Virus record (IMG/VR): IMGVR_UViG_3300025122_000013
Span: 138 to 64,137 of that record
Reading direction: 5' to 3' (one strand)
DNA length: 64,000 bases
Source: a virus
Lineage: Duplodnaviria; Caudoviricetes
The notes under the pieces were generated by a model. The model worked only from the letters and a program-made list of their open reading frames with translations. It was not told the origin of the DNA and did no database searches. The stretch's first letter is position 1, and the number at the start of each line of letters is the position of its first letter. Position numbers and translations under genes: made by a program. This document shows, one piece after another, positions 16,904 through 27,300 of this stretch.

Positions 16904-19486
16904 CTATTCTACATTACCAAATGTGACTATTGTCTCTCCTGGTGATATTCCCAGGACCTGCTCTAATTTTTCTCTACCTATCTGTATCGTTAGTTGAACA
17001 GGCACCTCTGATGTCTGTGCGGCTGTGTTTGCATCTGACAATAGCTCTTTTATAGATAGCAGGTAGCTTGCAGACTCTACACTTTGCTCTAATACAGACT
17101 CAGCCATCTCCTCGCCTGCTCTCCTTGTTAGTTCAAGAATGTTTGCTATTGTGCTAGAACTTTCCTGTGCCTGCTCAGAGTTTATAGCAAGGACATTTGC
17201 AACCGTTCCACCAGGTTCTTCCTCTATAGTCTCATCATCTCCGACAAGAAGTTGGAATATACCCTGATTACTTGTGCGTATTTCCTCGATATGACTGGTT
17301 GCTGCTGCGCCTAGCCCGCCAGTAGCGGCTCGTCTACCCTCACCGGCTGCTGCCTCCGCCTGTGCCGCTGTTGCCTCCTCTGTGGCTTTTCTTTGAGCAT
17401 CTGCTGAGCTAGCAAGCTGTGACCATGTTGTTGTACCACCAGAAACAAAATCCCTTATCTCTTCTGAGCTCGCTGGAAGCATCTCTCTAACACTGGATAT
17501 TGTGTCTTCGGTTATCGCACCCCCTTCTGACTTTATCTGCTCTAGAAGGGCCTTTGCGGTCTCCTGATCTGCCATGGTCTGTCTCTCTGCAGATGCAGCC
17601 TGGCTATTGAATATAAGCTGTAACTCTTCCTCCCAGTCCTCTCCTAGCTTCATTCTCTCTGCCAGTGATTTTCTCTCTTCCTTAGTTAAGTCTGAGTAGC
17701 TTGCTCCTAGACGGCCTATCTGCTTTGCCATCTCATTGTACATGGTTCCTGACGTTTTGACCTGTTTCTTGAGTTCCTTTGTAGCGATATCTGTCATATT
17801 GCTAAATGAATTCTGAGCGCCAGCATCTATCCTATCAAACGAGGCATCAAAACCCTCTCTCATCATTCTAGAGACCTCAGACTCAGACTTACCTGCTAGG
17901 CCAGAATCTTTCCACAACTCCTTCATTCGTTTGATCATGGCATCGAATTTAGACTCGATACGTCCGTAGGCTTCAGTGAATCCGTCCACCATGGTATTAG
18001 GAATCTCACCATTGACACCTGCTGCTTCTGCCATAGTGGTCGCTGAGGTTGAAGCCATCTCTGTCAATTCGGCGGCTATATGTGATGTGGATTGTTCAAC
18101 AGACAGTGCAGCATCTTGCATGCCAGACGTGAGATCTCTTTCAACCATGGTACGCAGTGCTTCTCCTGATAGGTGAGCAGCATCCCTGATCATGTCTATG
18201 TCATCTGTGACCGCTGCGAGTGAGTCCTTTGGATCCATATCTTCGGATGCGGCGGCTAGGTCCTCCATACCACTTATTGCAGCCCGTGGATCTAGAAGCC
18301 TCTCAACAGACTCAACATCCTTAAGCTGCAGCTGAGACTGAATAAATCTCTTCTCATAGAGGGTTAGCGTGTCTACAGACTTTCCTGCAGCGAGAAAGCT
18401 CTCCCTCATGTCCCTTAGGAACTTGTCCTGATCAGTGTTTGCAGACTCCATCATGGCCATTGCATCCATCTGAAGACCGAATACAGAGGTTAGATTGCTA
18501 ACTGTTCCAGCTGCCTGATCAAACCCCTGGAATTTTCCAAGCATGCTCCCAAGGTCCTGGTAGTCTATCCCTATCTGCAATAGCGCTGTAGAGATTCTAG
18601 CTGCCTCTTGTACATTAACATTTCCAAAGTTTTGAGTGTCAGCTATTATTCCCTCTATATTCTTTGATATCAGCTTCGATGATATTCCAGTTCGTGCCTC
18701 AATCCCCTTTGCTGCAGCAGCGGCTTCCCTGAGCATGTCAGTGCCAGCCTTTCCTGTGAGGCTTATCTGACGCTGAACGAATGTTCCAATCTGATCCTGA
18801 GATAGTCCTAGACCCTTTCCAAAGACAGCCATCTCCCTGACAGTCTCTTCTGTGGCATCTCGTGTCATTCTTAGTGAGTTTATCGGATCATATGCGACCT
18901 TATTAAAGTACGACATATAATCTTCCAGATTATTAAATGCCATCTGTATTGGCTGATTCTGGATCCTGAATGCTGTCTCCCCGACATTCGTATAATCTTC
19001 GTACGTGGCTCTAACAATTTTTCTCATCTGGTTGGATAATTCGTGTGCACCAACGTTTATATCTTCTCCAAGACCTCCAAACTGTCGCTGTATTTCGCTT
19101 ACAGCCCTTCTATTCTCATCGTCGACATACGATGAGATCGACTTCCCAGCTCCATCCCACGTTTTCTCAATATTTGATAAAAGGCCCTGTGACGCAGCGC
19201 CTACCGTGGCCATTCCCTCTGCTGCCTCTGATGCTCCGGCTGCGAAGCCTCCGACTCCATCCTGGAGGTCCTCTGAGCCTGTCCTAAGATTAGAACCAGC
19301 CTCTCTATATGCCGCTGATATCTCTGCGTCAACTGACGCCATATCTAAAGCAGCACCCTCTGCCTTTTGCTGTATAAGACCGTGTATTCGAACCTGCTCT
19401 AAGAGAGATTCATTAGCAAGCTTTATAGATTCATTAACTGCATCTACTAGACGTTTTTGCTCTTGTAATTCTCGTGAAGTAGCCAC
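16904..19486 (-). CDS. Tape measure protein
   Basis: 860 aa, Ala/Glu/Ser-rich and helical-looking; follows tube and chaperone genes; GGAGG SD before GTG. Confidence 0.75.
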   Translation of the reverse strand: MATSRELQEQKRLVDAVNESIKLANESLLEQVRIHGLIQQKAEGAALDMASVDAEISAAYREAGSNLRTGSEDLQDGVGGFAAGASEAAEGMATVGAASQGLLSNIEKTWDGAGKSISSYVDDENRRAVSEIQRQFGGLGEDINVGAHELSNQMRKIVRATYEDYTNVGETAFRIQNQPIQMAFNNLEDYMSYFNKVAYDPINSLRMTRDATEETVREMAVFGKGLGLSQDQIGTFVQRQISLTGKAGTDMLREAAAAAKGIEARTGISSKLISKNIEGIIADTQNFGNVNVQEAARISTALLQIGIDYQDLGSMLGKFQGFDQAAGTVSNLTSVFGLQMDAMAMMESANTDQDKFLRDMRESFLAAGKSVDTLTLYEKRFIQSQLQLKDVESVERLLDPRAAISGMEDLAAASEDMDPKDSLAAVTDDIDMIRDAAHLSGEALRTMVERDLTSGMQDAALSVEQSTSHIAAELTEMASTSATTMAEAAGVNGEIPNTMVDGFTEAYGRIESKFDAMIKRMKELWKDSGLAGKSESEVSRMMREGFDASFDRIDAGAQNSFSNMTDIATKELKKQVKTSGTMYNEMAKQIGRLGASYSDLTKEERKSLAERMKLGEDWEEELQLIFNSQAASAERQTMADQETAKALLEQIKSEGGAITEDTISSVREMLPASSEEIRDFVSGGTTTWSQLASSADAQRKATEEATAAQAEAAAGEGRRAATGGLGAAATSHIEEIRTSNQGIFQLLVGDDETIEEEPGGTVANVLAINSEQAQESSSTIANILELTRRAGEEMAESVLEQSVESASYLLSIKELLSDANTAAQTSEVPVQLTIQIGREKLEQVLGISPGETIVTFGNVE

Positions 19487-19522
19487 GCAAGCCTCCGGCT
19501 ATACATATTCAGTAAACGAAGA

Positions 19523-19825
19523 TCACTTAAAGCTCTTTTCACCAGAAGACTTAATCATATCATCGACACGCTTCATGTTATCCTGCATGCTTGATGGTCT
19601 TTCCGTCTCCTGTTGACCCATTTTTTTCTTTCTTGCGTCTGATCTCTTCTTAAACTCTGTGCTAAGACGATCTATAAACCACCGCCTATATGTCACAGGA
19701 AGCCCTCTTACATCAGAGTAACTCATATTGAGGTGATACTGAAGTAGAAATGCCTCTTCTAGAAAAGACTCTCTCCACTCAGTCCGACGGCCAAAAAAAC
19801 CCGGCGCCGATCGGAAGAGAGACAC
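19523..19825 (-). CDS. Tail assembly chaperone second ORF (gp51/gpT-like), likely frameshift-fused
   Basis: EEAFLLQYHLNMSYSDVRGLPVTYRRWFIDRL. Overlaps the upstream gene across GGG-T7-GG in the +1 frame. Confidence 0.7.
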   Translation of the reverse strand: MSLFRSAPGFFGRRTEWRESFLEEAFLLQYHLNMSYSDVRGLPVTYRRWFIDRLSTEFKKRSDARKKKMGQQETERPSSMQDNMKRVDDMIKSSGEKSFK

Positions 19826-20591
19826 GAGATTCCTGATTGCATTGAGCGCAGTTCATCCATACAGACATATCAATTCCTGGCTCATTATTCTCGATAAATG
19901 TTCTTAACTTTCTCGAGTCTAGGGCAGGCATGTCTTTGACAAATGCGTTTATCTTGTTTCTATCACTTACTCCATCAATTGAAACAATTAGCTGCTCAAG
20001 TCTAGAAGTGACAAGACTATCAATTTTTGCGTCAGGCATCATCTTTCTGCGGCGCTCAGCCGTCAGATTCATCTCTTCCTCATCAGCCCCCCTTAGGAAT
20101 CTGAAATGGACCTCTTTCCCTGTGACGGGAAGAGTAAATAAGAATATATTCTCTCCTTCTCTAATGGGATCTAAAGACAACCTTTTTATTTCAAGCCCAG
20201 ATAGGTCAAAATCTTGGTTGCCTTTCTTTCCACATTCTGGACAGCTAACATCTGCCTTATATGCAGTCCCATACCCGGTGATTCTCACCGCAACCATTAG
20301 AGCATTTCTATCTCCAATTAGCATATCTCTAACGTCAACATTATCATCAACTAGACAAGACTCTAAAAGTGTAGTTATCACTATTCCCTGCTGAATAAGC
20401 GCTCGAGATGAAAGAATATCCTCCTCTCTAGCTGTCATAGACTTAACATGCAGAATATTTCTATTATGAAGTGCTGATCCCTGTGGATAAACCTTACCCT
20501 CAGAGGGAACAGGAACTGCTTCAACAGGCACATCCCATCCAAAATCATCCTTCATTACACTGTGTTTTTGAATACTTGGTTGGTCTGACAA
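19779..20591 (-). CDS. Tail/baseplate assembly chaperone (T4 gp26-like) with two CxxC motifs
   Basis: VPVPSEGKVY, MTAREEDIL, GDRNALMVAVRITGYG, CPECG, CAQC; ends GFFWPSD. Confidence 0.8.
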   Translation of the reverse strand: MSDQPSIQKHSVMKDDFGWDVPVEAVPVPSEGKVYPQGSALHNRNILHVKSMTAREEDILSSRALIQQGIVITTLLESCLVDDNVDVRDMLIGDRNALMVAVRITGYGTAYKADVSCPECGKKGNQDFDLSGLEIKRLSLDPIREGENIFLFTLPVTGKEVHFRFLRGADEEEMNLTAERRRKMMPDAKIDSLVTSRLEQLIVSIDGVSDRNKINAFVKDMPALDSRKLRTFIENNEPGIDMSVWMNCAQCNQESRVSLPIGAGFFWPSD

Positions 20592-20607
20592 AACTTCCTC
20601 TTTCTTT

Positions 20608-20637
20608 ATTCTAAAATAATACTAGGATATGTGTAAA
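20608..20637 (-). promoter_or_regulatory. sigma70-like promoter for the chaperone gene
   Basis: TTTACA-N18-TAGAAT, just downstream of the tube terminator. Confidence 0.5.
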
Positions 20638-20651
20638 GGTAAATTAAAATA

Positions 20652-20680
20652 AAAAGCCCTCCTGAATCAGGAGGGCTTTA
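20652..20680 (-). terminator. Intrinsic terminator after the tail tube gene
   Basis: AAAGCCCTCCTGA/TCAGGAGGGCTTT inverted repeat followed by a U-run on the minus strand. Confidence 0.85.
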
Positions 20681-20700
20681 AATAAATAAAATTTTTAAAA

Positions 20701-21192
20701 TCAGTATTGTAATACGGCGTTATCGTACCGTAGTGTGATGGATATCTCTACAGGGTCTGTGTCATTTTCATATGTAAGGTTATTAAATGTTGCGTCCTGT
20801 AAAAACGCTCCCTTTATATCCCAGAGCTCCACCACTGTTCCAATGGGATCAAGAAGCTTGAGCTGACAGTCACGCTTATAAAAGTCTGCATACCCAGCAC
20901 GTCCAGACACAGACTCATAGTGTGTTCTAATCCACTCCATGACTTGTTGAGCTCCCGAGGGTGCGATCGGATCATACAGTGTTAGCGCGATCGGATCAAA
21001 TGTGAGCCTCCCTGATACATAACGCTTCGCGTTGATCCAGGGAATTTCCTTTTGAGCCAGAGTAAATTTAGGTCTGCTAGTTGTTTTCATCAAAAAGGCA
21101 TCAATGCCCTCTATCGCAAAAATCCACCTAAACTGCCTTTTGGGCTCAAATTTATTAGGTAACATATCGGTGACGGATAACGTCTCAGCCAT
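20701..21192 (-). CDS. Tail tube protein (T4 gp19-like)
   Basis: FEPKRQFRW, LYDPIAPSGAQQVMEW, YKRD, LDPIGTVVELWDIKGAF and ITLRYD. Confidence 0.92.
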   Translation of the reverse strand: MAETLSVTDMLPNKFEPKRQFRWIFAIEGIDAFLMKTTSRPKFTLAQKEIPWINAKRYVSGRLTFDPIALTLYDPIAPSGAQQVMEWIRTHYESVSGRAGYADFYKRDCQLKLLDPIGTVVELWDIKGAFLQDATFNNLTYENDTDPVEISITLRYDNAVLQY

Positions 21193-21249
21193 TTTTTCTA
21201 TCTCCTAAAGAGTTTATCATTCTTAAGTATCTACCTTGCAAAATTTATT

Positions 21250-24200
21250 CTATGCATTTTGAAACGCATCTCCTGCATTTGTAACAACAAAGTCAAGTGC
21301 TATAAATTCTGCCGTACGTGTAGGCTGCAAGAATATCTTACCCCTTAGGGTGTTATTCTCAATATCAGCCTGCGTTGTTGTTGTTGCATCGATTACAACC
21401 TTGTATCTATCAACACCACTTCTCTCCTGCACGCTCTGCAATATTGGCGTAACAAGAGCATTAAACCTATCAAGAGTCTCCTGTCTATTTGGTTCAAATA
21501 GCATAGTATTTGCAACAGCTCTAACAGATCTTCTCACGTTTATGAGAAGCCTTCTAACATTGACCCTGTCTAGTGAAGAGTCTGTTGCAAGAAGAGTCTT
21601 TTGACCAAAGACCATCAATCCTGTTCCTGGGAATGCTGTGATCGGATTTATATCTGCATCATAGAGTGTATCCATATTTGCCTTGCTAACAGGAACCTTG
21701 GCATACAAGGAGTCCTTTAGCGCGCCTCTTGTAAATCCTGCCGGTGCAAACCATGGGTACCCAATTGAATCGTTTATTGCAAATGCGCCCAATACTGCGA
21801 CTGAGGGCGGTGCCTGAACATTTGTTTTTGTCGTGGGATCTGTCATGATAACATCAGGAAAATACGCCGCAGCAAAGGAGGAATTTAATCCTCTATTCTT
21901 AAAGGCTGCCACCGTGTAGGCTACACTTGGATTAGAGACTGATGATGTTACAACTGTATTTATCTCATCTCTCTCCTCTATGTCCATTATATAAAGTGCA
22001 TCAAATCTATCTTCAATAGCATCTATTGCGTATGTTGTAACAGAAGAATGCCTTATTCCAGGTATAACTAAGAGATTTATATCTACGTCTGCCTTTGTTG
22101 CCATCATGTCGACGGCCTTTCTATATGCAGCTACTGTGGGACCATTTGTTCCCCCTTGATTTGATTCATCATCCATCTCTCTTTTAACTGCTGCATTTGC
22201 AAGAGCCACTCTATCCCTATTGAACATGTCTGTTCCGTCAAATCCTCCCTGAAGGACGAACGTGAACTTTCCAAACCTTCTATTTCCCTGAGTCTTTAGA
22301 TCCGAGACCTTTAGTGCTCTAGTCTTATTTGACTCATTTGCAGTTATGGATCCTTTTCTCACGTAAGATGCGCTAACCCACTCGTTAACATCCGCTATAG
22401 TGTCTGATCCTGTTCTAACCTTAATTCTCTCAAGAGAGAATAGATTATTATTAAATCTATCACAGTCTAATACTGTTCCTCCTGAATCTGCTACTCCAGG
22501 ATTATTTCCAACAGAAAATTTTCTGTTAGAGACTGCGAAATCTGGGAAATATTTTACTCTAGATCTCCATGTATTATCTTGAACAGCAGAAAGATTGGGC
22601 TTTGAAACTGATACCTTTCTAGAAAACTGACATCCCCAATAGAAAGCTGAATTTGTCTTCTTATTGGGAGATGTTCCTACTGCTACACTTTCTCTAAACT
22701 GAACTGGCGGCGTTACAGCTCTTCTATATGAAATAGCACCTTGCCCCTGAAAGCGCGGGTTGCTTGTGGCATTACCAACTGTAGACAATATGCTGCTTCC
22801 AGATGTGACAAGGTGACTAAGACCTCTAAATCCTAGCGGAAGCGAGTCCTGTGGAACCTCTCCTGCCTTGAGCCCAGCACTCTGTTCTATCCTAATGTAA
22901 TTTGACATGACAGGGTGATTTCCCTTGACAACTAACTTTTGTGATGCTGTTGCTTGATCAAAGTCAAAATACGTATTTTGATCCCCAATGACACGAGCTA
23001 TAAACTTATCACTAGAAGGATCAAGTGAAAGACCTCTATAGGACTCTAGAGGAATCTTCTCTTCATCTGTGTCATCAAACGCTCTTACAACAAGATCAAA
23101 GGTTCCATATAGATATGAGTCAACCAATGACGGCTTTATATTCTCAATTGATATCTTAAAGAGATCATTACTAAATTCTCCATCTGATATTGAGAATATT
23201 CTGAATAGACTGTGCCTTGTTCCTGCATAGTCTTGTGATATTACGGCAGGAGATCGCGGTGCCCTGAATCTATCCTCAAACGACTCATAGTCTGGAACTG
23301 ATGTATTTCCTGTATCTCTAGCTAATGAGCTAGTTAGAATAAACGCTATATCTTCCTGTACACCAGCTGATGTATAGCCTTGGAATCCCGGATGTATGAT
23401 TCCTGATCCTGTTGCCTTGCAGAATGCTGGGTGGATGTCGTATCTAGCATATAGCAGGTGACCCTTCTTCTCCATCTCAAGCGGATCTGTGTTAAGAACG
23501 TTTCCAAAGTAAGCTGGAGACTCTAGGTCAAATGACGCTGTAATTATATTTGGACCGTCACCTGAATTCTTGTGACCGTTTATAAGCATTACGAAATTCT
23601 GAGTCGCAAGATTCATTGTTCCTGTCATCGCGCCGCCGTATGCGAAGCTGGCGGGACCTATCATTCCGTTTCCAGCTGATGCTGTAACAGCACCAGTTCC
23701 AGGAGTATTGCTGGCCTGACCTGATCCAGACAGCGACAGTATAACCCCGGACGGAGCCATGAGGACACCGCGAATAATAGGGTGAGCTCCTGTTCCGGCT
23801 AAAATTGAAGCGCCTTGTATTCCGGCATCTCTAAGCAGTGAAGACCCCGCTGAGTCAGAAAGGAAACATCCAAGGAAGTATGTCCTACCCAGGTCACTGT
23901 ACGGGCTAGTTGCGTAAGAATTTCTTGCTACAACACCTCTCTCTGATACCTGCTGTGATCCAACGACAAATCCTGCGCTTGTAACCTTTCCTGTGCTAGT
24001 ACTTCTCTTCTTACAATCTCCTGCTCCAAGTACCCTTATATATGTTAGAGCCTGTGCTGTCTTTAAAAACTGACTAACTGCGAGTGGGCCAAATTTTTCA
24101 CCGTCTGTGTTTCCAAATAGTTGTGCAAAATTTCTATAACTGGCTATCGTAACTGGGACAAAAGCAGGTCCCTGATTAGCAGTTCCCACAACACCCGCAG

Positions 24201-24288
24201 GGGTTCCCACAGGACCTGCAACTGAGGGCGCTGAAAGGTCTATTTCAGTTGCTGTAACACCGGCACTGTTAAAAACTGTCTCAGCCAT
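21250..24288 (-). CDS. Tail sheath protein, paralog 1
   Basis: SAGVTATEIDLS, GPAFVPVT, YPWFAPAGFTRG, INPITAFPG, GQKTL, LDRVNVRRLL and PTRTAEFI. Confidence 0.95.
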   Translation of the reverse strand: MAETVFNSAGVTATEIDLSAPSVAGPVGTPAGVVGTANQGPAFVPVTIASYRNFAQLFGNTDGEKFGPLAVSQFLKTAQALTYIRVLGAGDCKKRSTSTGKVTSAGFVVGSQQVSERGVVARNSYATSPYSDLGRTYFLGCFLSDSAGSSLLRDAGIQGASILAGTGAHPIIRGVLMAPSGVILSLSGSGQASNTPGTGAVTASAGNGMIGPASFAYGGAMTGTMNLATQNFVMLINGHKNSGDGPNIITASFDLESPAYFGNVLNTDPLEMEKKGHLLYARYDIHPAFCKATGSGIIHPGFQGYTSAGVQEDIAFILTSSLARDTGNTSVPDYESFEDRFRAPRSPAVISQDYAGTRHSLFRIFSISDGEFSNDLFKISIENIKPSLVDSYLYGTFDLVVRAFDDTDEEKIPLESYRGLSLDPSSDKFIARVIGDQNTYFDFDQATASQKLVVKGNHPVMSNYIRIEQSAGLKAGEVPQDSLPLGFRGLSHLVTSGSSILSTVGNATSNPRFQGQGAISYRRAVTPPVQFRESVAVGTSPNKKTNSAFYWGCQFSRKVSVSKPNLSAVQDNTWRSRVKYFPDFAVSNRKFSVGNNPGVADSGGTVLDCDRFNNNLFSLERIKVRTGSDTIADVNEWVSASYVRKGSITANESNKTRALKVSDLKTQGNRRFGKFTFVLQGGFDGTDMFNRDRVALANAAVKREMDDESNQGGTNGPTVAAYRKAVDMMATKADVDINLLVIPGIRHSSVTTYAIDAIEDRFDALYIMDIEERDEINTVVTSSVSNPSVAYTVAAFKNRGLNSSFAAAYFPDVIMTDPTTKTNVQAPPSVAVLGAFAINDSIGYPWFAPAGFTRGALKDSLYAKVPVSKANMDTLYDADINPITAFPGTGLMVFGQKTLLATDSSLDRVNVRRLLINVRRSVRAVANTMLFEPNRQETLDRFNALVTPILQSVQERSGVDRYKVVIDATTTTQADIENNTLRGKIFLQPTRTAEFIALDFVVTNAGDAFQNA

Positions 24289-24323
24289 TTATCTCTCCTA
24301 AAGATTCTATCAATATGTATCCG

Positions 24324-27300
24324 TTACTCAAAACTTACTCCAGCATTAGTGATGATAAAGTCTATAGCTATAAACTCTACAGCTCTTGTAGGAACGACAA
24401 CTATCCTTCCATTAAGAATGTTATTTTCCACATCCTCTTGAGTATTATTGCTGGAATCCATCACAACCTTGAATTGATCAATTCCCTGCTGACTCTGAAC
24501 CAGAGATAACAACGGCGTCGCCTGAGAAACGAACCTAGCTCTTGTCTCAGGTGTGTTTTGCTCAAAGACTATCTTACTTGCTACATCGACAATTATTCTC
24601 TTAACCTCTAGAAGCATCCTTCTCACATTAACCCTGTCAAGTGATGTTCTTGCCTGCTGTAGTGTCTTCTGTCCGAATATTACAAATCCCGCACGTGGGA
24701 ATGTGGCAATTGGATTAATTTTAGCGTCATAAAGTTCATCTCTATCTGCCTGGTTTAGGCGAACCTTTACGTTTGTTACAAAATCAAGTGAACCTCTGTT
24801 AAACCCAGCTGGAGCAAACCATGGGTAGGCAACATTATCACTAAACCCTATGGCACCAATAACTGCAACAGATGCTGGTACATCAACTAACTGATTGTTA
24901 ATTGGATCATTAATGGTAACATCTGGGAAATATGCTGCAGCATAATTGTTATCTAGTGCTCTAGATTCAAGATCTTCTAGTGTCTTGCTTACACTTGGGA
25001 GCCCGCCTCCCTCAAATACCCTGTTTCCATCAGAGTTATACCCGGGAATCTCCATTATATAGAATCCTTTTCCATAATCCTCAAGCTGATCGAGAACATA
25101 GTCTGTTAGGGCTGAATCTCTGATTCCTGGAATTGCTATGATGTTTGCTCGAGATGACATTGGATCTGTAAGAATTTTTGCTGCAGTCCTGTATGATGCT
25201 ATGATATTGTTTGTCTTTCCTATCCCAAATGCATTTTCATTAGTATCTAGACCAATATCAAGCGTTGCTACAGCCTTTCCTCCAGTGTCTCCCGAAGATG
25301 CTCTATCATTCATTCTTGCCATATCTTTATCAAGAATATTAACACCATCAAATCCACCATACATCATGTTTGTAAACTTTGAGTAATCTACAAACTTATT
25401 AAAGTATAGCGATGAAGTCATGGCTAGGAGTGTAGCAAATGTAACTCGCTTTGTTATATACCCATCGTTAATAGCGTATGTTGAAAGATCTGGGAAGCCA
25501 TCTCTAATATAAGCCGTCTCTAGCATGTGCTCCTTGACAGTTCCTGTTATTGCATTGTTTGCTGTGGTCCCAAGGTTATCTAGACCAGAAGACTGCTGTA
25601 CTGCATTTTTAAGAGCAACACGCGCCAACGTAAACTTATTACAATTAAATTCATCTGCTCCTGAACCTGTGACGAGTGTGTCTAGCTTCTCTATACCTAA
25701 GAATTTTGAGTAGGATCTAAATAAACTATTTACCTCAGTTGAAGCATTTGAGTTTAAAATGGCATTTGATAATGAGCCAGTTCTTGGAATGCTATCAAAC
25801 TTGCATCCCCAGTAGTATCTTGAATCTGCTATCTCCTCAGATCCTTGTTGACCTACGAATGCAGGAGAGAGCTTAACACTTCCTCGTGTACACTTAAACC
25901 TAAGCGGTACTGGAGGAAGAATTGACATACTTAAAACAAGAGCTGTTCCGCCCAGTTCAGACGAACCAGGCTTTGAGAAAGTTAATCTTCCAGGACCAAG
26001 CGTTCCGTTTGCTGCAGAACCTCTACTAGCGCCTCCAGGATTAGAGTATGTCCCTCTAATGCTTCCAGAATAATCTGTTAGTGTGTCATTGGTCTTGACG
26101 ACAGGAAGACCTCTGAATCCAAATGGCATCGCATCTTCTGGAACTTTTTTCTGTTCCATTTCTGTGCTTAGTATGACTCTGATCCTAGACGACTTGTTTG
26201 GATACTTACCCTTAACGAGCAATCTTCTCTCAGACTCTAGCTCTGCATCAAAGTTATAGTATGCCTTAAAATCACCTATTTTTTTCGATATAAAGTTAGG
26301 ATCATTTGGATTCAGAGTACATAGCGGATATCTCTCAAGAACCTTCGGCGATGTGTCAGAGTCATCAAATCCTCTAACCTCAACAGTAAATGTTCCATAC
26401 GGATCCTTGGGATTTGTTGGCTTCTTTAGATTTGATATAGAAATCTTGTACTTCTCATTAGCAACAGATCCATCTGATATAGTCTCGAAGTAAAATAAAT
26501 TCCACTCTTTCCTTCCATACGGCTGTGATATGAAGTATGTTGATCTAGGTGTCGTGTACCTGGTGTCAAATCTACCAAATCCATCTCTATATGTTAGGCC
26601 AGATACTCCTGATGCAGCGGATCCTGAAGCTGATCCAGAACAAATAGCTATTGATCTATTAGATGTGGCAACTGTCATGATCTCATCTGCTACAGGAAAA
26701 TCAGCATAAAGAAGATGCTGTTCTGATTCAAACCTCTCTGGATCAGTATTAAGTACATTTCCAAAATAATTTTCATCTGTTGGATTAAGAGATGCTGTAA
26801 ATACTTTTACGTTAGAATATCCATCTGCTGACCAGTTTGCTGCCGTAGATGAGAGGACGAGCTTAAATGTCTTGTAAAGCTTATCTGATGAGGTTGGGTT
26901 GACATTTGCCATGTCATCTGATACATTAGTCGGTGAATAGGTCTGATTATAATCTAGCACCTCAAATCTTGTTCCTGTAGCAGAAAAAAGCATACCGCGA
27001 ACAATATTAAAGCCCTGATCCAGATCCTGGCCTTTAAAGCTATTGTTTGAAGAAAATATCGGATATCCAACAGACTCATTAGAAGATGTTACGTGTCTAG
27101 CACATAAAAATTGTACACATCCTTTATGGCCTCCCAGTGTGGCATCTGATGAAACTGCCGTCCCTATTACCTTAAATCCTGCGTGTCTTACTATTCCTGC
27201 GACCCTAGTGTTCTCTATGTCAGTTGCTGTCTCATTTGCTCCTGCGCCCAATACCCTAACATATGTTGCTGCAGTTCTATTCTTCAAGAACTCCCTTACA

